Part shown: in pieces, positions 36,245 to 46,339 of the stretch
Numbering within the stretch: position 1 is the stretch's first letter
How the letters are laid out: each line of letters begins with the position of its first letter
IMG/VR virus record: IMGVR_UViG_3300029286_000009
Location: 124,001-188,000 of that record
Reading direction: 5' to 3' (one strand)
Length of the DNA: 64,000 bases
The notes under the pieces: model-generated
Told to the model about the DNA's origin: nothing
The model's database searches: none
What the model saw: only the letters and a program-made list of their open reading frames with translations
Position numbers and translations under genes: made by a program

Positions 36245-36887
36245 TTACACACTCCGGAAACACAGTATCCATTGATCGCCACTCCCCATTTTGTGTGCAA
36301 TACTCTAATTTCCATGTCTTGTCAGAGACTTTTGTGACAACCGATTCAGAGCAACCAGACAGAGCTTCCCAAACGGGGATATCGTCGCAGACAGACCAGT
36401 AGTAATCTGTAGGGCCTCGGGAGTCATTGTCATTACCACCCAGTATTACAATTTCCGGATCTGACACAACATACCAGAACAGGTCCCGGAAGAAGGCATT
36501 GCAAATACGGCGTTCCGGATCGCCTGCTCTATATGGCAGAGCAACACAACTTTGGTGGTCGATGTAATAATCGTCGCAATCCTTGTCCAGCACGTTGCGT
36601 TGTATGATACGGTTTACCTTCTCTATGTCAGCTTGCGTGATCCCTCTGAGTGTATTGGTAAGGCTTTGCAACAACTGAACTGCCATATAAACCGCCTTGT
36701 CCTCAGGTTTAGTTAACTTAAAGAATTGCCAGCCAAATTCGCCTGGCTTCCAGCCAGCTCCCGATATACCTGGCCCCTTCTTCTTGTTCAGAGTCACAAC
36801 GGAGTGACTAGAGGATGAATTAGTTGTAAAGGTTTCTCTCTGGTAAATGTGTCGATTTAAACAAATACGAAAAAATATTGATTGCAT
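36111..36887 (-). CDS. hypothetical protein
   Basis: 258 aa. Confidence 0.55.
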   Translation of the reverse strand: MQSIFFRICLNRHIYQRETFTTNSSSSHSVVTLNKKKGPGISGAGWKPGEFGWQFFKLTKPEDKAVYMAVQLLQSLTNTLRGITQADIEKVNRIIQRNVLDKDCDDYYIDHQSCVALPYRAGDPERRICNAFFRDLFWYVVSDPEIVILGGNDNDSRGPTDYYWSVCDDIPVWEALSGCSESVVTKVSDKTWKLEYCTQNGEWRSMDTVFPECVIALPSLGCIPPEEVSKKDSPHDRSKQKYTNGCVFRRHKKVQTSR

Positions 36888-37222
36888 TTACCTGCCTTTC
36901 TTGTAATTCGGAGTAACCCGAGTTTCTCCATTTGTATCGTATACCGCCCCACAACTGAATTAGACCAGCCAGCAACAGATCCGATTTGTTTTTGGTCATA
37001 GCCACTAATACCGCGGCTTAGTTCCCCAGGATGTCGGCGGGCGATAATTAGTAAAGCCTGTAGTACATCGATACACGTACGAGCGGCTTTAGTGTGACCT
37101 GCTCCAAACGAACATTTTATCTTTTCAATTGCTTCGTCAATTTTTCTTTGTTCTTTTTGAGCAGGGGTGGTAGGTTCACCTATCACCGCAATCATCTGCT
37201 CACACCATTCCGCTCGTGGCAT
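36857..37222 (-). CDS. Winged helix-turn-helix protein
   Basis: DQKQIGSVAGWSNSVVGRYTIQMEKLGLLRITR; SD GGAAGG. Confidence 0.6.
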   Translation of the reverse strand: MPRAEWCEQMIAVIGEPTTPAQKEQRKIDEAIEKIKCSFGAGHTKAARTCIDVLQALLIIARRHPGELSRGISGYDQKQIGSVAGWSNSVVGRYTIQMEKLGLLRITRKAGKCNQYFFVFV

Positions 37223-37233
37223 GGTTCACCTTC

Positions 37234-37509
37234 CTATGCTAGGTTATCAGGAGAAACATTCATACTGAGGACCCTGGTCATGTCAGGGACTTCCGCCCGA
37301 GGAACATAGCCAGTCTCAGTCCCTTCTCTCTTGGGAAGGGTGCTTGACAGAGCTTCCACCTCATAATACATGTCATTGAGCAGCTTGTCTCTTTCTTCTT
37401 TTGCTTCTCGGAGTGAGTTTTCTATACTCTTGATTTCCAGCTGCCATTGGTCATAGGTGTCTATCAAACTAACTAGTGAATCTACTTTGTTTCTGAATTC
37501 TGATACCAT
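37234..37509 (-). CDS. Coiled-coil hypothetical protein
   Basis: 91 aa. Confidence 0.55.
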   Translation of the reverse strand: MVSEFRNKVDSLVSLIDTYDQWQLEIKSIENSLREAKEERDKLLNDMYYEVEALSSTLPKREGTETGYVPRAEVPDMTRVLSMNVSPDNLA

Positions 37510-38147
37510 CGTTTTGGTTCTCCTTTGAATTTGGGTTGCAGTCTTTGTACGGTAAATTCTATCCGATCAGCCCCCGGTCCGTACATCCGGTTGCACCGCT
37601 TGATTATTTTGTTACGTTCTTCAGCAAACTGGGTGTATTTATCCAAGTAGTCAGTCACACCAGGATTGCGATAAATCAGCCATGAATAATATTTAGATCT
37701 TAGCCAGGCTAACCTTTGTGCATCTGAAAAACTGCCCTTGAACTGTGTAAGATAATAATCGTAAAGACAAGCTATGGTGGTCGCAGAAAGTAAATTTGCG
37801 TTCGCACCACGAATTACAAATAGAGAAGTTCCTTCGGAATCATGACATTTAGTAAGAACAACACTTAGCCTAAGTTTTTGCAACACACGCTGAAGGATGT
37901 CTTCGTTCCATCCCCCTGTGCTAATCCCAGGTACAGAATGACTGGGAGAACGTTCAACTCCGTCTTCATGGACTTGTCTTATAAGAGCATATTGAGCCAG
38001 CTCTTCAGCTATAGGCCCGCAAAAGCCACACTCTTCAATCTTGCTAACTAGTCCAGGGTAGAACTCTGTTATGTGTTCTTCAAAAGATTTGCCGCTACAA
38101 AAGTTGGGCAATAACAAAACTAATGTAATACTTAGGACTTTTTGCAC
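37482..38147 (-). CDS. Secreted or membrane-anchored hypothetical protein
   Basis: Signal-like N-terminus; SD GGAGG. Confidence 0.6.
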   Translation of the reverse strand: MQKVLSITLVLLLPNFCSGKSFEEHITEFYPGLVSKIEECGFCGPIAEELAQYALIRQVHEDGVERSPSHSVPGISTGGWNEDILQRVLQKLRLSVVLTKCHDSEGTSLFVIRGANANLLSATTIACLYDYYLTQFKGSFSDAQRLAWLRSKYYSWLIYRNPGVTDYLDKYTQFAEERNKIIKRCNRMYGPGADRIEFTVQRLQPKFKGEPKRWYQNSETK

Positions 38148-38419
38148 AAATCCTCCTTGTGTTAGTTAAAATTCAGTTGCAGATTCCCACCGATAAACAT
38201 TTTCTTGCTCCATTCTTTCTATGTCCCACGTTCCTTCTGGGGTTTGGTAGACAAAGCCAACAAAGTATACATCATTACCTTTTCCGCAATCTGGAGAATA
38301 GAAGTCATCAATGTAAGCCCAACACGGAAACTGCTCGGGGTCCCCGCTAACTTCAGTAAACTCGTTCTTCTCTTCAATTTGCTTCCTGAGTCTAACCCAC
38401 TCAGCTTCATTTGTAACTA

Positions 38420-38560
38420 ATGGCGTTTTGTTTTCCTTTTTATTTATTTTTTTTATTCTTACCCTCCTCTTTTACTATATATATATTTGAGGGTATAGCG
38501 GTATTAGTACTCTAATACTGCCTATACTAGTATAGGAGGGTTGAGAAAGAAAATGATATA
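38420..38560. promoter_or_regulatory. Divergence point between the two gene arms, with stacked palindromes
   Basis: Pyrimidine-to-purine switch; GCGGTATTAG/CTAATACTGC hairpin(38498-38521); perfect 16-bp palindrome CCTATACTAGTATAGG(38521-36). Confidence 0.6.
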
Positions 38561-38731
38561 AAAGAAAGAGGTGCGGAATGTCTCATGATAGAGACAATAA
38601 ATGTCAGAGAGAAGACTGTAAGTGGTGGAATCCTGATTTTCCGATCAGTTGTCTTCAGTGGGATATTCAACGTTCTGCTGTGATTCTCGGTATCGAGAAG
38701 TGTGCTCGACATACAGTGGAGGAGAAGCGAA

Positions 38732-38926
38732 ATGCCGCACAGCATTGACGACAAATGTTATCGAGAAGATTGTTGGTGGTGGGATAATCAGCAGCCTTGT
38801 AACTGTTTATTGACCGCAACAAAATCGGTAGATCCTCAAACTTGTGAGGACCATAGACGTAATGCTAATTATCTCTGTGGATGCGGATTTTTTCATGGAC
38901 CAGGGGAACGGTGCGGTCCATGGTAA
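38732..38926 (+). CDS. Cys-rich small protein ending CGCG.FH.P.ERCGPW
   Basis: SD GGAGGAG; motif shared with 46051. Confidence 0.6.
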   Translation: MPHSIDDKCYREDCWWWDNQQPCNCLLTATKSVDPQTCEDHRRNANYLCGCGFFHGPGERCGPW

Positions 38927-39017
38927 ATTTGAATTTAGGAGGTTAGCATGTGGCACATAAATGCCCCAAAACTCTCGGATTTGATGCCGAGGGACTACAT
39001 TAAGAAGGAGCCTATAA

Positions 39018-39536
39018 ATGGCACAATTGAAGTTACTGAACGAAGAGAGCCTCAACAAGGAGTTACTGAACATTGGGAAGAAGCGGGATGCTGTGGAGAA
39101 AGTTCTGGAGCAGTCCCGCCAGCAGATGAACGAAGCCTACGCTAAAGCCGACGAGTTGAAGAAACAGAAAGTATTGTTTCAAACACTGAAAGAAACGATC
39201 GGTGAGACAGCAAAAGTGAGATCTGCTTACGCACGTGGTCTAGCTCAAGGTATGGGTATTGTTTTCGCTGATGGGGAGGCAGAATCATCATTGTTGGCGT
39301 TACTGGAGGAGTTTGCATTACAGGATGCGAGCAAAGAGACACGAGAGTCCAAGGGGAAGTCAACACCTAGAGCAAATGTTATTGTGCCTGAGAAGCCGAA
39401 AGGTAAACGTGGACGACCGCCTAAGGTCAAGGTTACAGAATCTGAAGAGCTCGAGGTTAATACCTCAGCCATTTCTAATCTTGCTGACTCTGATAGCGTG
39501 GAGGAAGTTGAGTATGACGATGGTTACGACGACTAA
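39018..39536 (+). CDS. Coiled-coil protein with AT-hook and acidic tail
   Basis: KGKRGRPPK; acidic C-terminus. Confidence 0.6.
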   Translation: MAQLKLLNEESLNKELLNIGKKRDAVEKVLEQSRQQMNEAYAKADELKKQKVLFQTLKETIGETAKVRSAYARGLAQGMGIVFADGEAESSLLALLEEFALQDASKETRESKGKSTPRANVIVPEKPKGKRGRPPKVKVTESEELEVNTSAISNLADSDSVEEVEYDDGYDD

Positions 39537-39773
39537 TTAAGCATCCTTCTGTACTGCCTAGCATTTAAAAGAGATATTGGAAAGGAGAAGAATGGAAGTT
39601 TTCTTTAAATGCGGAGATTGCAAGATAGGGATATTCTCTAAAGATAGGCTCACACGAAGACGAAAACATATTATCTATAAGTGTAACGTTTGTGGTAGAG
39701 AAGTCGTTGTCAAACGTAATCCGCGCAGTACAGAGTCACAACCCCAAATTAACTAGAAAGGCAGAATTCCAAG

Positions 39774-40523
39774 ATGAATGCCAAGCCGCTCGACCACCCG
39801 ATCTACGGGTCTATCCCACACCTGCCTCAATCACGTTTGGGGCCGTCTGATAAGCAAGCCTCGATTGGACATGTCCGCATCGCAACTGAAAAGCCACGCG
39901 ACAAATGCGATCTAATCATTGTGAGCGAGAAAATAGACGGGAGCAATGTTGGTGTAGCTAAGTTACCAGATAGCTCTCTCGTTCCCCTAATACGGTCAGG
40001 GTACGTAGCCGATACTTCGCCCTATCTCCAGCACCGCTATTGGGCTAGCTGGGTGTATGAGCACAGCCACAGGTTTAACTCACTTTTATCTAACGGGGAA
40101 TGGTGTGTAGGAGAGTGGTGCATTCAAGCACATGGAACTAAGTATACTTTTCTGGATGAACCTTTTTTCCTATTTGATATTTTCTCTACTGATAAACGTA
40201 TCACTAAATTACAGCTTGACTTAAGAAACAACTCTCTTTTAAAGCCATTTTGTTGCCCGCGGGTGTTCTTCTGTGCCAACTCAGCTCTTCCTGTTTGCGA
40301 AGCATCGGCAGTTCTCGGGGATCACGGTTTTCACGGAGCTCTCGACAAGGCAGAAGGTGCGGTTTGGCGGGTGGAACGTAATGGAATGGTAGACTTTCTA
40401 TGTAAATACGTTCGCCCACAGAAATATGACGGTATCTACCTCCCTGAGATAGCAGGTACTCATTATATTGTGTGGAACGAATGGGGTAGCGATTGTCAAT
40501 CACTTAAACATTTATTAAGATAG
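39774..40523 (+). CDS. ATP-dependent RNA ligase family protein
   Basis: YGSIPHL, EKIDGSN (motif I), GEW, LFDI, EGAVWR, CKYVR. Confidence 0.8.
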   Translation: MNAKPLDHPIYGSIPHLPQSRLGPSDKQASIGHVRIATEKPRDKCDLIIVSEKIDGSNVGVAKLPDSSLVPLIRSGYVADTSPYLQHRYWASWVYEHSHRFNSLLSNGEWCVGEWCIQAHGTKYTFLDEPFFLFDIFSTDKRITKLQLDLRNNSLLKPFCCPRVFFCANSALPVCEASAVLGDHGFHGALDKAEGAVWRVERNGMVDFLCKYVRPQKYDGIYLPEIAGTHYIVWNEWGSDCQSLKHLLR

Positions 40524-40539
40524 AAAAGGGAAGGAAAAG

Positions 40540-41319
40540 ATGGGACGTCGGCGTGTTATAACACCGGAACAGAAAGAAATGATTTTGGAACTCACAGCAG
40601 ACCTCAAGCTCCCCGAACAGTTACCTGTGGAGAGTGCGTTGTGTCTCATGTTCGTGATGGCAAATAAGTTTAATGGACAGCTCAACAAATCCGATTATTA
40701 TGTATTGGGTCGCACAGTGATGGGTGCAACCAATGCATATTATGATGTTTATCGGATCACAGCATTTGGACTTGGCTACGGCGATAGTGTCAAGGATGTA
40801 AATACGATATTTATACCCGGTAACTACCGACATTGGGGAGACCTTAAGAAGTCTTTCAGCGTATGGAGACGGGACTACTTCAATCGCATACCACAAAAAC
40901 TCCGAAAACAGGGGCGTAAGCAAAAAGATGAGACCTATGAATTACCGGTATGCCGGTTCAATGATGATGCAGTCGAACAGCTCTTTCAATCGAATGTTGC
41001 ACTCAAAGCAGATGTTAGTGCTCTTTTTGACTGCATCTCTGACCGCTTCTTGTCGTTGCGCCCCAAAGACTTCAATGAGGATGGGGAAGAAAATATTTTT
41101 GCAGGCTACAAGAAATTGAAACAAGAAGTGTTTGAGTTGCGAAAGATTGTTCGCATTTTGGGATACGAGCCTGATTTTGTGCGTAAGCAGTTGGCAACTG
41201 CTCAGCATATGGCAACTCAATCAGCTTTGTTTGCATCTTCTGCTATGGAGATACTCTTCAAACTGGCGGGAGGGAAGGACGAAGAATCAGGTCCTGCATC
41301 TGCTGTTGCCCGCCACTAA
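40540..41319 (+). CDS. hypothetical protein
   Basis: 259 aa. Confidence 0.6.
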   Translation: MGRRRVITPEQKEMILELTADLKLPEQLPVESALCLMFVMANKFNGQLNKSDYYVLGRTVMGATNAYYDVYRITAFGLGYGDSVKDVNTIFIPGNYRHWGDLKKSFSVWRRDYFNRIPQKLRKQGRKQKDETYELPVCRFNDDAVEQLFQSNVALKADVSALFDCISDRFLSLRPKDFNEDGEENIFAGYKKLKQEVFELRKIVRILGYEPDFVRKQLATAQHMATQSALFASSAMEILFKLAGGKDEESGPASAVARH

Positions 41320-41365
41320 CCGCATAGGGGTTCCCCTAAGGGAACCCTTTCCTAAAGGAGGAACA

Positions 41366-41806
41366 ATGACAGGGTATGAGGCTATTCGTTATGCTTGCGG
41401 GGGTAGTAAAATTCGTAACTCATCTTGGACATGGGCTCCGTGTTCATTTATAACTCTCCGTATCAGCCCACCCCCACAAGGCAATGAGTTTATGATCCAC
41501 ACCGATGCTGGTGCTTTCCCGCGTCCGTATACGTGGGACAACTCAGCGTTACTGGACACAAATTGGGAAGTCATAAGCGAAAAATCCATCTCTTCTTGCA
41601 CACCCGTAACCCAAGAGAAAAGAGATATTCGTGTTTGGCACACAAGCCTGGCAGGAACACCTATGACTTATGCGACAGCTATAGAATGTGCTAAAGAGCG
41701 GGCCCGCAGTAATCCTAATGTGAAGTATATTCTCGTCAGAGAGATACAGTCTGTTTGCTATGAAGTCCCAGATGTTGAACCGAAACTAGTGATCAAAGAG
41801 TTGTAA
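41366..41806 (+). CDS. Tad2/DUF2829-like domain fused to a C-terminal phage domain
   Basis: MTGYEAIRYACGGSKIRNSSW..WDNSALLDTNWEVI; SD GGAGG. Confidence 0.5.
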   Translation: MTGYEAIRYACGGSKIRNSSWTWAPCSFITLRISPPPQGNEFMIHTDAGAFPRPYTWDNSALLDTNWEVISEKSISSCTPVTQEKRDIRVWHTSLAGTPMTYATAIECAKERARSNPNVKYILVREIQSVCYEVPDVEPKLVIKEL

Positions 41807-41829
41807 ATTATTCAGAAAGGAAGGTCGGT

Positions 41830-43320
41830 ATGCGAGCCAAGTTGCCATATTGGGATAAAACTATGGAGTTAGCTCTTAATGTGGCTTTTGCAATAAGAGA
41901 TACAGGTCATTCCGTGTATGTTAACGGTGGACAGGCTCGTGAGTCTGTATTAGCGGTATTGGAAAATCGTGACCTTCACCCCGCTAAAGACATCGATATG
42001 TGCACATCAATGCCTGTTAGTGTAATGAAGCAATTGATAGTAGATGCACATATAGTGCCTACTGGTGAACAGTACGGGACGCTTACGTTTGTAAAGGATG
42101 GTGTTAGTGTAGAGGTTACCCAATACCGGAAAGATTTTGGTGATGTGAACGGCCCAACTGACAATCGTAAAGAGGTTTTCCCCACATTTTCATGTGACCC
42201 TGTTAGTGGTCCTCATTTTGACGTAGCCCGCCGTGACCTTACTATCAATGGGCTCTTGATAGACCCTTTTACAAGAGAAGTCATCGACTATGTAGGTGGA
42301 GTTGAAGACCTTTGTGCACACAAGATTAAGTTTATTGGAGGTGCTGTTGAGCGTTGCAGAGAAGATGCTCTTCGGTTGTTGCGGGCTATACGTTTCGCGG
42401 CACGCTATGATTACTCTCTGTCTCCTGAGGTGTTTGATGCAGCCGAAGACGAAATCGTGCAGAGACGCCTGAAGCTTCTGTCCGCTGAACGTGTAAGAGA
42501 TGAGTTCTTGGCCATTATGTCTGTTGAATCAGGGCACAATGTGGCGTGGGCACTCACAATGCTCGCTGAATTTGGTGTGCTGGGTTTCTGGTTCCCCGAA
42601 CTAGTTGCTATGATGGACGTGGAACAAAACATATATCACAGCCATGATGTTTGGGGACATACACTATTAGCTGTTGAACAGTCTGATCCTAATTTATATT
42701 GTCGTTTATTCGCTTTGTTCCATGACATAGGCAAACCCCCAACACAAGAGTTCGTTCATGAGGATTATGGCTACTCGTTTCATGGTCACCCCCATGTATC
42801 GTGTGATATGTTGGACACAATATTCGAACGATTGCGTTTCGGGCAAACCCGTACAGGCCAGTATGATTTTAATACAGACATACTTAAACATCTGGTGGGG
42901 CACCACATGGATGCATTCATTGATGGCAAGATGTCGCGTATGCTAAAACGTATTGGTATCGCACAGTATGGGAAGCATATGCTCGATTTGTCTTGGCGAG
43001 CAGGACGAGCAGATTTCTACGGAAGGAGCCCCAGGTGGCAAGTCAACCCGGATTTTCGGGGGGCAGACGAAAAGCTGCACCATACATACAATAAGGTTGC
43101 TGCTTACATCCATAGCATAGAGAACCCAGTGTTCTCAACTCGCGATTTGCAAATCGACGGGCGAGTAGTCATGCAAGAACTCCAAATTCCTCCGGGACCA
43201 GTTGTAGGTGAGGTGCTGAAACACCTTTTAGCTACAGTTCAAGATAACCTGGTTGCTAACACACAAGAGGAACTACTGTCTGAAGCTAAGCTGTATTGGC
43301 GAACCAGGGGTATAAACTAG
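41830..43320 (+). CDS. cca: Class II nucleotidyltransferase (CCA-adding/poly(A) polymerase family) with HD domain
   Basis: GGQAR..DID, RRDLTINGL, EDALRLLRAIRFAAR, SAERV.DE, HDVWGHT, LFHDIGKP. Confidence 0.85.
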   Translation: MRAKLPYWDKTMELALNVAFAIRDTGHSVYVNGGQARESVLAVLENRDLHPAKDIDMCTSMPVSVMKQLIVDAHIVPTGEQYGTLTFVKDGVSVEVTQYRKDFGDVNGPTDNRKEVFPTFSCDPVSGPHFDVARRDLTINGLLIDPFTREVIDYVGGVEDLCAHKIKFIGGAVERCREDALRLLRAIRFAARYDYSLSPEVFDAAEDEIVQRRLKLLSAERVRDEFLAIMSVESGHNVAWALTMLAEFGVLGFWFPELVAMMDVEQNIYHSHDVWGHTLLAVEQSDPNLYCRLFALFHDIGKPPTQEFVHEDYGYSFHGHPHVSCDMLDTIFERLRFGQTRTGQYDFNTDILKHLVGHHMDAFIDGKMSRMLKRIGIAQYGKHMLDLSWRAGRADFYGRSPRWQVNPDFRGADEKLHHTYNKVAAYIHSIENPVFSTRDLQIDGRVVMQELQIPPGPVVGEVLKHLLATVQDNLVANTQEELLSEAKLYWRTRGIN

Positions 43321-43346
43321 GAACGTCACTAGATAGGAGGAATATA

Positions 43347-43508
43347 ATGGCTAAGTCTAAGAAAAAAATCAGGCACAGTCGTCCGCGGAACTTTGTAGTG
43401 GAGATTATGATACTCCATTGCAAGGCAGGTGGGCACATTAATCAGAAAAAGGAGAAAGATAGAAAAGCATGCCGGAACTTCTGTCTAAACGACGCTTTGA
43501 ATCTGTGA
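43347..43508 (+). CDS. Small basic protein
   Basis: SD GGAGG; MAKSKKKIRHSRPRN. Confidence 0.5.
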   Translation: MAKSKKKIRHSRPRNFVVEIMILHCKAGGHINQKKEKDRKACRNFCLNDALNL

Positions 43509-43765
43509 TTGACCGAATACCTGTATTAGATAAAGCTCTGTATTCATTTGCAGAAGCTGTTTCGGATTATGAGCCCACGGCAGTAGATTTGGATGCATAC
43601 GATGAAGTCGACGCGTGTATCATCAGTTTACTAGACTCACTAAGTGAGGTGGAAGAAGCCCTAGAGAGACTTTCTGATAAGTTTCTTAACGGATTAACCC
43701 GCCTTGATGAAGAAGGTTTTGTTTTAGACCAGGAACTGGAGTCTGAAGAGTACGAGGTGGGCTGA
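43469..43765 (+). CDS. Acidic hypothetical protein
   Basis: 98 aa. Confidence 0.55.
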   Translation: MPELLSKRRFESVIDRIPVLDKALYSFAEAVSDYEPTAVDLDAYDEVDACIISLLDSLSEVEEALERLSDKFLNGLTRLDEEGFVLDQELESEEYEVG

Positions 43766-44085
43766 TGGTTTACAAAGGCACACGTAATATGGTATGCCCT
43801 GTTTGTAAAAAGACGATGACTTATGGGCACCCAGTGATGTATCGTGTGAACAACGTTGAGACACGGGGGCATTTGTGGTGTCCTACTTGCTTTACAAAAG
43901 TGTATTCGCAATATACAACCTCAAGAGAAGCAGACTTGGAAACATTTCAATCCTCAATTAAAGATGTGGTCGATAAAGCACACCGTGAAATAACAGATCG
44001 GGCATTCCCTGCTATAAATGGCTTTTGGTTTTGTTATTTTGAAAACCACAATCTGGGACTTGTTATCAACTATGCTATAGAATAG
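43765..44085 (+). CDS. Zn-ribbon hypothetical protein
   Basis: CPVC/CPTC. Confidence 0.55.
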   Translation: MVYKGTRNMVCPVCKKTMTYGHPVMYRVNNVETRGHLWCPTCFTKVYSQYTTSREADLETFQSSIKDVVDKAHREITDRAFPAINGFWFCYFENHNLGLVINYAIE

Positions 44086-44094
44086 GGGGTTACC

Positions 44095-44280
44095 ATGGGC
44101 AAGGACTTAAGAAAGTGTCCTCATTGTAAGGGGAGTGGCTGGGACCCTAAAGGGGGAGAGTGTTATGTATGTGATGGTACCGGGGTCATTGCCTCGGGAG
44201 ATGACGCTCCTGCGACTATACAGGACGCTGATGATTTCTTCAGCGACTATTACCAGCGGAAAACCGCACAAGACTTCTAA
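44095..44280 (+). CDS. DnaJ-type Zn-finger peptide
   Basis: CPHCKGSG..CYVCDGTG. Confidence 0.6.
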   Translation: MGKDLRKCPHCKGSGWDPKGGECYVCDGTGVIASGDDAPATIQDADDFFSDYYQRKTAQDF

Positions 44281-44292
44281 AAAGGAACTGAC

Positions 44293-44739
44293 ATGAGTTC
44301 AAAAATGGTTGGAATCACAGTTATCAATAGATGCCAAAAGTTACTGTATAACATGATCGACAACAAGATCAAGATCGCTTGCCAAGGCATGAGTGCAGAA
44401 CAAATTAACAATTTTGCTTGGAAGCTGTTGGGACAAGAAGACCTTATGGCGGAAAAGCGAGAACTGAAGAAACGGTTGGAGGATATAAATACAGAACTCG
44501 ATAAGTTTGGGAGACAGCTCTACTTCCAGTATGACGGATTTTCTCACGGGGATAAAGACTGCAATAGTAACTCGAAACTGGCACGGGCACAGATAAAAGC
44601 CCAAGACATGCTCTACCCGCAAGTCAAAAAATTGCAGAAGTTGAAAGACTCCATTGAGGAGCGGACTTTATTGTGTATCGCACCAGAAGACTTACAAGCG
44701 TTACTTAAGGAAGTTAAAGCAGAGATAGAAAACTGCTGA
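44293..44739 (+). CDS. Coiled-coil hypothetical protein
   Basis: 148 aa. Confidence 0.6.
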   Translation: MSSKMVGITVINRCQKLLYNMIDNKIKIACQGMSAEQINNFAWKLLGQEDLMAEKRELKKRLEDINTELDKFGRQLYFQYDGFSHGDKDCNSNSKLARAQIKAQDMLYPQVKKLQKLKDSIEERTLLCIAPEDLQALLKEVKAEIENC

Positions 44740-44805
44740 CCTCTGACCTAAATGGGGGTGGCAATCTTTTTTAAAGAGGTTGCCTCCCTATGAAAGGAAC
44801 AAAAA

Positions 44806-45054
44806 GTGATAGAACATCCTGTTATGATAGGGCAGACCGCTACCGCACTTACTTTGCTCTACGGATCTAACATTCAAATCGGAACGGATAATCAGCAACG
44901 ACTGTATGTATATGACTCTAGTTTGCACCATACCAAATATTTCAACTCAGAAGACGACTTGATGATATGGCTGTTGGAGCAAATCCACACAATCTCAGGT
45001 ATCAAACTTGTGTGGTTCAAGGACCACGGGGTACAAGTGAAAAATACCGCCTGA
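44806..45054 (+). CDS. hypothetical protein
   Basis: SD AAGGA. Confidence 0.5.
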   Translation: MIEHPVMIGQTATALTLLYGSNIQIGTDNQQRLYVYDSSLHHTKYFNSEDDLMIWLLEQIHTISGIKLVWFKDHGVQVKNTA

Positions 45055-45164
45055 CGCGGTTGCGGGGTAGTGTGCACACACAACAATGAATATAGCCACA
45101 ACTACGCTGCATAATACCACAATGCTGCTATCGAAACAAAATTTAACAACAATAAGGATTACAC

Positions 45165-45872
45165 ATGACCAGATTGACTGGATTTGAAGCTCAGATATAC
45201 ATACTGGGGGGTGGCAAGGCTCGGCAGCTCATATGGCCGCTCGGGTGGTATGTGGTTATTGATGAGTTCGGGCACTTCATTCATACTAACTCTACAGGTG
45301 CCAAGATCGTAACCTGGGAGTGGACTGCAGACTCTCTTGAATGTGCGATATGGGAACCCTATATTGAGCCGAAGGGTGACCCGGCGGAAGACCGGCGCTG
45401 TGCGACGTGCGGGGGATGGAAAACTGATGCATATCAGCAGGCTGGTGTGTGCACGAATACTTCTAGCCCCTTTTGCGGACGCACTTATGGAACTTCAGCT
45501 CTTCCGTGTAAAGATTGGTATCCTATTGTCATTCCCCCTTCCTCCTTCTTCATCGTCTGGTCACCCGAAGGAGCCACGCCACCCGAAATGCGATATGCGA
45601 CACATGATCAGGCTAGAGAAGCAGCCGAGGGCATGGCACTACTGCATCCAAACCAAAAGTTTTACCCGTTGTTCTGTAACGAATACTGTGTCTCTTCCGC
45701 GACACGGTGTCCCTTACCATCGGAGTGGGAGAGAGCGTGGGATGGTTTGCAACAGTCGTTTGATGGCGACAATTGTCGCCATATACTTAAAACGATTTGT
45801 GACCATGATCCCCGTAGGAAGACCGAAGTTCGTCCAGTATGGAAGGAAACGAAAGAGAGGGAGATGCTATGA
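45165..45872 (+). CDS. Modular protein: Tad2-like N-terminus, Cys-rich domain, shared phage domain
   Basis: LTGFEAQIYILGGGKARQLIW..WEWTADSLECAIWE; CATC; FIVWSPEG..PNQKFY. Confidence 0.5.
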   Translation: MTRLTGFEAQIYILGGGKARQLIWPLGWYVVIDEFGHFIHTNSTGAKIVTWEWTADSLECAIWEPYIEPKGDPAEDRRCATCGGWKTDAYQQAGVCTNTSSPFCGRTYGTSALPCKDWYPIVIPPSSFFIVWSPEGATPPEMRYATHDQAREAAEGMALLHPNQKFYPLFCNEYCVSSATRCPLPSEWERAWDGLQQSFDGDNCRHILKTICDHDPRRKTEVRPVWKETKEREML

Positions 45873-46050
45873 TTGAGATTGGTTCTAATTTAATGGAAAC
45901 TGTTCAGGCGGGGCGGACCTGATAGCGACACTAAGCGGGTGGGTATGCCCAGATTGCGAGTACAAGCAATATTGGGTGCATGATTTTATGTTTAGTTGGT
46001 GCACAACAGACCTAAACGCCGTGTTTCTTCTTGGATAGTGGGGTCCAACT

Positions 46051-46242
46051 ATGCCGACTAAAGAAAAGCTGTGTTCAAAATGCGGTTCCGAAATGACCCT
46101 TAGCGGAACCTACGGTTATTTTTGGAGTTGCCCCTGTTGTGGGCAAATTGAACAACTCACCGAAGAGGAGCAACCCGAGAAAGCTCATATGTGCGGTTGT
46201 GGACATTTTCACAGGCCAAGCGAACGGTGCGGCCCTTGGTAG
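46051..46242 (+). CDS. Zn-ribbon peptide ending CGCG.FH.P.ERCGPW
   Basis: CSKC/CPCC; motif shared with 38732. Confidence 0.6.
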   Translation: MPTKEKLCSKCGSEMTLSGTYGYFWSCPCCGQIEQLTEEEQPEKAHMCGCGHFHRPSERCGPW

Positions 46243-46339
46243 AAGGAGACCAGTTCAACTAAATCTACAAGTATAAAATATAGACGGTGCCAGTGAACTA
46301 CACAGATTAAAATTAACGGGACCCCAAAGGAGTGCAAAG

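Noticed and set aside
644-38420. Numerous plus-strand ORFs in the minus arm (e.g. 1041, 7058, 13106, 26186, 30795, 30826)
   Set aside because: Shadow frames of better-supported minus-strand genes, lacking RBS and recognisable motifs
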